Source: Candidatus Eiseniibacteriota bacterium
GTDB taxonomy: Bacteria > Eisenbacteria > RBG-16-71-46
Direction: 5' to 3'
DNA length: 64,000 nt
Assembly (NCBI GenBank): GCA_963776245.1
Contig: CAVZLN010000003.1
Coordinates: 1,056,001 to 1,120,000, forward strand
Below, piece after piece: positions 57,475 to 64,000 of the stretch. The position numbers and the translations under genes are program-made. Positions within the stretch are counted from its first letter, which is position 1. Each line of letters begins with the position of its first letter. The notes beneath the pieces are model-generated. The model worked only from the letters and a program-made list of their open reading frames with translations. It had not been told where the DNA came from and did not search any database.

Positions 57475-58926
57475 TCAGGCCCCGGAGACCGGCGCCATGT
57501 CCGCGCCGCCCAGCAGGTAGCGGATCACGTCGGCGGCGGAGTAGCGCGTGCGGCCGGCGAGGAACGCCCCGATCGACTTGAGGTCGTCGCCGCTGGTGAG
57601 CAGCGGTGGCTCGTGCGACCCATCCTCACGCACCTGCGCCAGCCCGATGTTGGCGAGCAGCGCGTTGCAGAGGCAACGGCGGCCCTCCGTCTGCTGGGGC
57701 ACGCCGCCCTTCTTCACGTACTGGTCCTCGGGCTCGCTCGGGCAGCGATAGCCGATGCTGCCGCTCGGCGCCCGGTAGGCGGTCCGCAGGTAGCCGAGGT
57801 CGCACACGCGTTTGCGCACCTTCCCGGCCGACGGGTCTCCCGCCCACTCCACGACCTTGAACGGGTATCCGGTGGGCGAGGCGACGGGGTCGGTGCGCAC
57901 GTCCACCTCCCCGCGCGCCGCGTGCTCGAGCACCGAGCGCTTGAGCGGCTCGGCGAGCCCGGACTCGTCGCAGTACGCGAACAGGGTGCCGACCTGGACT
58001 CCCGCGGCCCCGGCCGTGCGCGCCTCGCGCAGCTGTCGCGGGCCGCCGGCGCCGCCCGCGAGCCAGAACGGCAGCCCCAGTTCGCGGATCTTCGGCAGAT
58101 CCACCACGTCACGCTCCCCGTACACGGGCTCGCCGCGCCCGTTGGTCCGGGTCACGCCGCGGGGCGGCGCGTTGTGTCCGCCGGCCGTGGGCCCCTCGAT
58201 CACGAGTCCGTCGATGCCCCCGGCGCCCTTGCGCGCCAGCATGGTGGCGAGCGAGGTGCTGGCGACGATCGGCAGGAACCGCGGCCGCCGGATCTCAGGT
58301 GGCGGGCCGTCCCAGTGTTCGCCCGGGTCGAGGGTGAAGTGCTCGGGCGGCGCGTCGGACGCGTCGGCGAGCTCGAGCCGGAGTGACGCCGGCAGGTGTC
58401 GCGCCAGCGCGTCGAGCACGCCGGGGATCTCGCGCGGGATGCCCGCGCCCATCAGCACGTAGTCCACGCCCGCGAGCATCGCGCCATAGAGCGAGGCGAG
58501 GTTCGGCAATTGCACCTTGGTGAGGAGGTTGATCCCCACCTTGCCGTTGTGCCCGTGCTTGGCGAGGTGCACCTCGACGAAGGCCGCGAGCATCGTGACC
58601 TGGTGGCGCGCCTTGCTCAGCACCTGCTGGTGCATGGGCAGATTGGTGTAGGGCTTGCCCGGCGGCCGCCCCTCGGGATGGAAATGCCGCCGCAGCATCT
58701 CGGCCGCCGCCTGCCGGAGCGGGAAGTGCTCGATCGCGCGACGCACGTGCCCGCCGAGGTCACCGTCCTGGAGCCGGCGCGCGACCACCGCGTCGATGGC
58801 GGTGCCCGAGATCACACCCATCTGGCCGCAGCTGGCCACCGCGCGCGCAAGCTTCCAGTCGGACACGCCGATGCCCATTCCGCCCTGGATGATGACGGGC
58901 TGCGGGAGTGATTCCATGGAGGTCAT
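57475..58926 (-). CDS. Nitronate monooxygenase/FabK-FabX-like flavoprotein
   Basis: IIQGGMGIGVS, MGAGIP, EGPTAGGHN, LAGG, GVQVGTLF..C.ES; C-terminal CDLGYL..RC..EP..CLCNAL. Confidence 0.88.
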   Translation of the reverse strand: MTSMESLPQPVIIQGGMGIGVSDWKLARAVASCGQMGVISGTAIDAVVARRLQDGDLGGHVRRAIEHFPLRQAAAEMLRRHFHPEGRPPGKPYTNLPMHQQVLSKARHQVTMLAAFVEVHLAKHGHNGKVGINLLTKVQLPNLASLYGAMLAGVDYVLMGAGIPREIPGVLDALARHLPASLRLELADASDAPPEHFTLDPGEHWDGPPPEIRRPRFLPIVASTSLATMLARKGAGGIDGLVIEGPTAGGHNAPPRGVTRTNGRGEPVYGERDVVDLPKIRELGLPFWLAGGAGGPRQLREARTAGAAGVQVGTLFAYCDESGLAEPLKRSVLEHAARGEVDVRTDPVASPTGYPFKVVEWAGDPSAGKVRKRVCDLGYLRTAYRAPSGSIGYRCPSEPEDQYVKKGGVPQQTEGRRCLCNALLANIGLAQVREDGSHEPPLLTSGDDLKSIGAFLAGRTRYSAADVIRYLLGGADMAPVSGA

Positions 58927-59130
58927 CTCGTGCTCGGCCACGGGTGGATTCGCGCCACGGACTCCCCGTGGCGATCGCAGCCGGTTGGGCCGCTGCTGGA
59001 CAGACGCCGCCCTGCGGCCCGGGCAACGCTCCGCTGAGGCAAGGACTCCGCTCAAGATACCCCAAAACGCCGCGCGATAGCAGGCTTCTTCAAACTGCCC
59101 GGGTCGGTCCCCCGGCGCGTCGGGAGCAGG

Positions 59131-61629
59131 TCAGGGGGTTGTGGCGCGCGGGATGTCCGTGCCTCGCGCCACGATGGTCGTGGTCCCGAGAGCGGGCGTG
59201 ACGGGGTCGGGCGCGGCCGCCGCGGCGGGAGAAGGCATGGGCTCGCGCTCGAGCGCCAGCTCGAGGACCTGTTCGATCCGGTCCACGGGAGCGAAGATCA
59301 TGCGGGTGCGGACCTCGACCGGCACCTCCTCGAGGTCGCCCTGGTTCTCCCTCGGCAGGATCACGGTCTGGATGCCGGCGCGATAGGCGCCCAGCACCTT
59401 CTCCTTGATGCCGCCCACCTTGAGCACTCTCCCGCGCAGCGTGATCTCACCGGTCATGGCGATGCCGTCGCGCACCTTGCGGCGCGTGAGGAGGCTCACG
59501 AGCGCGGTGCACAGCGTCACGCCGGCCGACGGGCCGTCCTTGGGGATCGCCCCGGCCGGAAGGTGCACGTGCAGGTCGGTCTCATCGTAGAACCCGGGAT
59601 CGATGCCGAGCACCCCGGAGTTGGAGCGGATGTACGAGAGCGCGGCCTGTGCCGACTCCTTCATCACGTCGCCGAGCTGTCCGGTCAGGATCAGGTTCTT
59701 GGAGCCCGGCATGCGCGTGGCCTCCACCGTGAGCACCTCGCCGCCGACCGGCGTCCACGCCAGGCCGAGCGCGGCGCCCGGGGCGTCGAGCCTCGAGGCC
59801 TTCTCGTCCTCGTAGCGCTCGGGGCCGAGCAGCTCGCGGACGCGCTCCGGGGTCACCGCGCGCGAGTCGTCCCGGCCCTCGGCGATGCGCTTAGCGGTCT
59901 TGCGCAGCAGGTTCGCGATCTCACGCTCGAGATTGCGCAGGCCGGCTTCCCGTGCGTACTCGTGCATGATCTTGTAGAGCGCCTCGTCGGAGAACGTGAT
60001 CTCGAGCGACTCGAGCCCGTTCTCCCGGACCGCCTTCGGGATCAGATGGCGGCGCGCGATGGTGAGCTTCTCGACGTCGGTGTAACCCGACAGTTCGATG
60101 ATCTCCATGCGGTCCCGCAGCGCCGGCGGCACCGGGTCGAGGTAGTTGGCGGTGGTGATGAACATCACCTGCGACAGGTCCACCGGCACGTCGAGGTAGT
60201 GATCCACGAATGCGTTGTTCTGCTGGGGGTCGAGCACCTCGAGCAGCGCCGAGGACGGATCGCCGCGGAAGTCCGCCCCGAGCTTGTCGATCTCGTCGAG
60301 CATGAACAGCGGATTGCGGGAGCCGGCGCGGCGCAGGCCGCGCACGACATTGCCCGGGAGCGCGCCGATGTAGGTGCGGCGGTGACCCCGGATCTCCGCC
60401 TCGTCGCGCACCCCGCCCAGCGACTGGCGCACGAACTTCCGCCCCAGCGCGCGCGCGATGGACTGGCCGAGCGAGGTCTTGCCGGTGCCGGGCGGGCCGA
60501 CGAAGCACAGGATGGGCACGCGCGCGTCGCTCTTGTAGCGGCGCACCACGAGGAACTCGAGGATGCGGTCCTTGACCTTGTCGAGGCCGTGATGGTCCTC
60601 GTCGAGGATCGCGCGGGCGTGGACGAGGTCGAGGTCGTCCTCGGTCATCACCGACCACGGCATGTCGCACAGCCACTCGAGGTAGGTGCGCGCCACCGTG
60701 TACTCGGCGGCCTGCGGGGGGATGCGCGTGAGCCGCGCGAGCTCGCGGTCGGCCTCCTTCCGCACCTCGGGAGGCATGTTCGCCTTCTCGATGCGCGCCT
60801 TGAGCTCGTCGACCTCGCGCTGGGAGTCGTCCTCGTCGCCCAGTTCCTTGCGGATCGCCTCCATCTGCTGCCGCAGCAGGAACTCGCGCTGGTGCTGATC
60901 CAGCGACTCGCGCACCGACTCCTGGATCTGCTGGCCGACCTCGAGCACCTGCAGCTCGCGCTGGAGCAGCCCGCTGAGGCGGCGCAGGCGTTCCCGCGCG
61001 TCGAGCTCCTCGAGCAGCAGCTGCTTGTCGTCGGCCGGCAGGTCGAGCAGCGAGGCGATGAAGTCCGCGATGCGGCCCGGGCGCTCCTGCGTGCGCGCCG
61101 TCGACGCGGCCTCGTCAGGCACGTTGGGCGAGAGCGCCACCACGCGGTCGAACTGCTCGAGCACGGTCTTCGACAGCGCCTGGGTCTCGACGTCGTCGGC
61201 CAGCTCGGTCTCCGCCAGGGGCTCGAGCCGTGCCCGGACGTAGGGCTCGCTCTGCACGATCCCGGCGACGCGCACCCGGCCCACGCCCTGGAGCAGCACC
61301 GAGATGCGGTCATCGGCGAAACGCACCATGCGCAGCACAGTGCCCACGCACGCCACCTCGTGCACGTCGCTCGGGCCGGGATCCTCCTGCTGCGCGTCCT
61401 TCTGCGTGACGATCGCGACCGTGCGGTCACCCGCCATGATCTCGTGGAGCAGCCGCACGCTCTTCGGCCGCCCGATGTTGAGCGGCAGGATGGCGTGCGG
61501 GAACAGCACCGTGGCGCGCACCGGGAGCAGCGGCGCCTCCGCCGGCAGCGGCGGGTGCCCGTCGCCCGTCGGCGGCGCTCCGAGCGGCTCGTGGGCGACG
61601 TCGATCTTCTTGCGACGCGGCGCTCTCAT
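59131..61629 (-). CDS. lon: ATP-dependent protease La (LonA)
   Basis: LON N-domain, [34 protein letters not shown] (Ser), GGIKEK (Lys). Confidence 0.98.
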   Translation of the reverse strand: MRAPRRKKIDVAHEPLGAPPTGDGHPPLPAEAPLLPVRATVLFPHAILPLNIGRPKSVRLLHEIMAGDRTVAIVTQKDAQQEDPGPSDVHEVACVGTVLRMVRFADDRISVLLQGVGRVRVAGIVQSEPYVRARLEPLAETELADDVETQALSKTVLEQFDRVVALSPNVPDEAASTARTQERPGRIADFIASLLDLPADDKQLLLEELDARERLRRLSGLLQRELQVLEVGQQIQESVRESLDQHQREFLLRQQMEAIRKELGDEDDSQREVDELKARIEKANMPPEVRKEADRELARLTRIPPQAAEYTVARTYLEWLCDMPWSVMTEDDLDLVHARAILDEDHHGLDKVKDRILEFLVVRRYKSDARVPILCFVGPPGTGKTSLGQSIARALGRKFVRQSLGGVRDEAEIRGHRRTYIGALPGNVVRGLRRAGSRNPLFMLDEIDKLGADFRGDPSSALLEVLDPQQNNAFVDHYLDVPVDLSQVMFITTANYLDPVPPALRDRMEIIELSGYTDVEKLTIARRHLIPKAVRENGLESLEITFSDEALYKIMHEYAREAGLRNLEREIANLLRKTAKRIAEGRDDSRAVTPERVRELLGPERYEDEKASRLDAPGAALGLAWTPVGGEVLTVEATRMPGSKNLILTGQLGDVMKESAQAALSYIRSNSGVLGIDPGFYDETDLHVHLPAGAIPKDGPSAGVTLCTALVSLLTRRKVRDGIAMTGEITLRGRVLKVGGIKEKVLGAYRAGIQTVILPRENQGDLEEVPVEVRTRMIFAPVDRIEQVLELALEREPMPSPAAAAAPDPVTPALGTTTIVARGTDIPRATTP

Positions 61630-62066
61630 GGGCGGCGCTCCTCGATCTCGATGATGCGGCGCGACGGCCCGGGCGCGGCCTTCAGTTCGATGTCGAGCAT
61701 CCCGTCGACGTAATACGCCCGCACCTTGGCCGGATCGGCCTCCCACGGCAGCTCGATGACGCGGCGGAAGTCGCCGAAGAAGATCTCGGCGCGGTGATAG
61801 GTCGCGGAGGCGTGGCGCTCGGGCTGCGGGCGGCGCCCGGTGATCTCGAGCGAGCGGCCGGTCAGGCGGACCCGCACGTTCTCGCGCGGCACGCCCGCCA
61901 GCTCGAGCAGCACGCGCGCCGAATTGCGCGACACCACCAGGTCGGCGGGCGGCGACCACGAGGGCTCGGCGAAGTGGGAGGCGCCGCGATAGACCTGGCT
62001 GTGGAACAGCCGCTCGACCTCGCGCTGCAGGTTCTCGATGGGATCTTCGGGATCGCGCGGCGTCAT
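61626..62066 (-). CDS. Hsp20/alpha-crystallin small heat-shock protein
   Basis: WSPPAD, ELAGV, L.I.G.R, EI.FGDFRR.I.LP, A.Y.DGML.I. Overlaps the lon start (ATGA). Confidence 0.93.
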   Translation of the reverse strand: MTPRDPEDPIENLQREVERLFHSQVYRGASHFAEPSWSPPADLVVSRNSARVLLELAGVPRENVRVRLTGRSLEITGRRPQPERHASATYHRAEIFFGDFRRVIELPWEADPAKVRAYYVDGMLDIELKAAPGPSRRIIEIEERRP

Positions 62067-62191
62067 CGGGGCTCCGGAGGATCGAGGGACGTGCAGAGCC
62101 TAGGAGTCCGGCGGGAGCGGGGCAAGTCCGGGCAGGTGGGGAGCGGTCCCGGCAGCGCCGGGAGCGCCGCCCTCCTGGCCCGGCAAGCGCG

Positions 62192-62365
62192 TCAGTGGCT
62201 CTGGGTCCAGTCGTGGACCGTGCGCACCACGGTGAGGCTCTGGCGCCGGCAGGTCTCGAGGAACGCGCCCGAATCGGGCCATGAATGGCGGCCACACGCG
62301 CACTGCAGCCGCCGGCTGGGCAGCTCGGTCACCGGGCACTCCTTGTCCTTGCAGAACGGGCACAT
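62192..62365 (-). CDS. Small Cys-rich putative zinc-binding protein (57 aa)
   Basis: MCPFCKDKEC...LQCACGRHSW...C. GAGG RBS; GC3-biased codons. Confidence 0.6.
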   Translation of the reverse strand: MCPFCKDKECPVTELPSRRLQCACGRHSWPDSGAFLETCRRQSLTVVRTVHDWTQSH

Positions 62366-62450
62366 GGTCGTCGACCTCGGAGGGTGGCAGGGGGGGCGGA
62401 GGGCGAGGATAGGGGGCGGTGCGCGGAGGCGCAAGCGCCGGGCGCGCGCC

Positions 62451-63779
62451 CTACTGCGGCACCCCCGCCTCGCCCGCCACCTCGCGCGTCACCGCGTTCG
62501 CCCGGGCGATGCGTGCGAACAGGTCCGCGCTGCGGGTGCGCGTGCGCGTCTTCCCGGGGGCATCGAAGTCGACGCGATAGAGCCCGAAGCGGCCCTCGAA
62601 GCCATCCGCCCATTCGAAGTTGTCCAGCAGCGACCAGTGCAGGTAGCCGAGCACGGCGGCGCCGCGGTCCATCGCGCGGCCCATGTGGAGCACGTGCTCG
62701 ACCAGCGCGCGCGGACGGAACGCGTCAGCCGCGTCGGCGAAGCCGTTCTCGGTCACCAGCACCGGCACGCCGGTCGCCACGAACGCGCGCACGATGGCGT
62801 CCTCGAAGCCGCGCGGGTGGATCTCCCAGCCGAGGTCGGTGACCGGCGCGCCGCGGCGGGCGACGTGCGGCACGCGGGCGAACATGCGCACGCCCCAGCG
62901 CGTGTAGTAGTTGAGCCCGATCCAGTCGAGGGTGCGCTCGAGGCCGGGAACCTCCCGCCGCACGGCGCGTGCCCCCGGGACGCTCAGGTGGATCCCCCCG
63001 CCGACCGGCGCGCGGAGCACCGCCGCGTTGAAGACCGCGTCCTCGATCCGCGTCCGCAGCACGTCGAACGGGGACCAGCGTCGCGCCGGCTCGAGCGTCA
63101 CGAGGTTCTTGGCGAAGCCGACCCGTGCGGGCTGCCCGTCGCCGTCGGCGTCGGCCGGGTCGTCGTCGTGGAGCACGTGGTACGCGCGGCCGTGGGCCTC
63201 GAGCAGGTTCGCGATCACGCCCAGCGCGGCGCTGTCGTCGCGCTCCGCGGGCGGCCAGATGCCCTCGGAGTAGGCTCGGAACGCGTACACCTCAGGCTCG
63301 TTGATGGTGCACCACCAGTCCACCTGCGCGCCGTACTCGCGCGCGCAGAAGCGCGCGAACTCGGTGAAGCGGTCGATGGTCTCGCGGCTCTCCCAGCCGC
63401 CGCGGTCGGCCACCCACAGCGGCAGCGTGAAGTGGAACAGCGTCACGCACGGCTCGAGGCCGCGGTCGCGCAGCGCCCCGAGCACATCGTGATAGTGCGC
63501 GACGGCGGCGGGGTCGATGCGGCCGCGCTCGGGCTCGATGCGGCTCCACTCGAGCGAGAGACGGTGCATGGTGTGGCCGTCGGCCGCGGCGAGATCGAAG
63601 TCGCGCTCGAAGAACTCGTGGTGGCGGCACGCGTCGCCGCTGCGGTCGCCGCGGCGGATCCGCCCCGGCAGCTGCTCGAACCGCCACCAGTCGTTGGCGT
63701 GGTTGCCGCCCTCGACCTGGTGCGCGGAGGTCGCGGCGCCCCAGTGGAACCCGGGCGGAAACGTGCGCGGTGCGCTCAT
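62451..63779 (-). CDS. Glycoside hydrolase family 1 (beta-glucosidase)
   Basis: FPPGFHWGAATSAHQVEG, RLSLEWSRIEP, TINEP, VTENG, WSLLDNFEWADG. Confidence 0.95.
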   Translation of the reverse strand: MSAPRTFPPGFHWGAATSAHQVEGGNHANDWWRFEQLPGRIRRGDRSGDACRHHEFFERDFDLAAADGHTMHRLSLEWSRIEPERGRIDPAAVAHYHDVLGALRDRGLEPCVTLFHFTLPLWVADRGGWESRETIDRFTEFARFCAREYGAQVDWWCTINEPEVYAFRAYSEGIWPPAERDDSAALGVIANLLEAHGRAYHVLHDDDPADADGDGQPARVGFAKNLVTLEPARRWSPFDVLRTRIEDAVFNAAVLRAPVGGGIHLSVPGARAVRREVPGLERTLDWIGLNYYTRWGVRMFARVPHVARRGAPVTDLGWEIHPRGFEDAIVRAFVATGVPVLVTENGFADAADAFRPRALVEHVLHMGRAMDRGAAVLGYLHWSLLDNFEWADGFEGRFGLYRVDFDAPGKTRTRTRSADLFARIARANAVTREVAGEAGVPQ

Positions 63780-63795
63780 GGCGGGACAACGTATC

Positions 63796-64000
63796 ATGCC
63801 GGTCATGCGGCGGGTGGCGGCGCATCTCGGAGACGGCTGGCGCGCGGTCGCGGCGCCCGGATGGCTGGCGGAATGGGAGCCACGCCCCTTCGACCTCGGG
63901 GACGGCGTGACCGAGGTGGTGACGATGGGCGAGGGACCGCCGCTGGTGCTGCTGCCGCCGCTGCCGGGCTGGAAGGAGGCCTGGGCCGCCTGCGCCGCGC
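63796..64000 (+). CDS. Alpha/beta hydrolase-like protein (3' partial)
   Basis: Open frame to the window end: ...TEVVTMGEGPPLVLLPPLPGWKEAW, resembling the G.GPP.VLL.G N-terminus. Not in the ORF track. Confidence 0.55.
   Translation, partial: MPVMRRVAAHLGDGWRAVAAPGWLAEWEPRPFDLGDGVTEVVTMGEGPPLVLLPPLPGWKEAWAACAA

Noticed and set aside
59052..59100. TCAAG...GCGATAG and AAACTGCCC between the flavoprotein gene and lon
   Set aside because: Spacing does not fit sigma28, the orientation points antisense into lon, and the riboswitch 3' half is absent.
1..64000. tRNA/rRNA genes, transposases, integrases, prophage or defence genes, selenocysteine read-through
   Set aside because: No recognisable motifs by eye, and no in-frame TGA interrupting a conserved domain. 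A tRNAscan/Infernal/HMM run would be needed to exclude them fully.

Overview
Very GC-rich (roughly 70%+ by eye), densely coding bacterial chromosome segment with about 58 supportable CDSs. No rRNA, tRNA, CRISPR array or mobile element was recognised. A secreted repeat protein with a FlgD-Ig/T9SS-like C-terminal domain, TonB-domain proteins and an outer-membrane barrel point to a diderm, plausibly an FCB-related lineage such as Ca. Eisenbacteria (inference only). Contents in order: MsrP-like molybdoenzyme (partial), orphan OppA, two tandem-TonB-domain paralogues flanking a TlpA, a xanthine-dehydrogenase-family L-S-M cluster, TPR+GT4, ADP-forming acyl-CoA ligase operon, pnt transhydrogenase divergent from NADP-IDH, a MerR-led suf operon (merR-sufA-C-B-D-S-U-Rieske-sufT), GT2+ArnT, a B12-radical SAM/membrane/GT87 operon, a six-gene group-4 hydrogenase-like (hyfBCEFGI/Ehr-type) complex, the repeat protein, a Ser/Thr kinase-TPR protein, a GIDE-GIDE-LemA operon, a nitronate monooxygenase-family flavoprotein, hsp20-lon and a GH1 glycosidase. 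Best leads: (1) a MerR-family regulator with a non-SoxR four-Cys motif and a SoxR-box-like operator heading the suf operon; (2) an Ehr-architecture complex whose large subunit keeps all four NiFe cysteines; (3) a duplicated GIDE/BAM + LemA operon behind a sigma28-like element; (4) an apparent PntA fusion produced by two single-base indels. All functional calls come from motif recognition by eye, not database searches, and start codons are best guesses.
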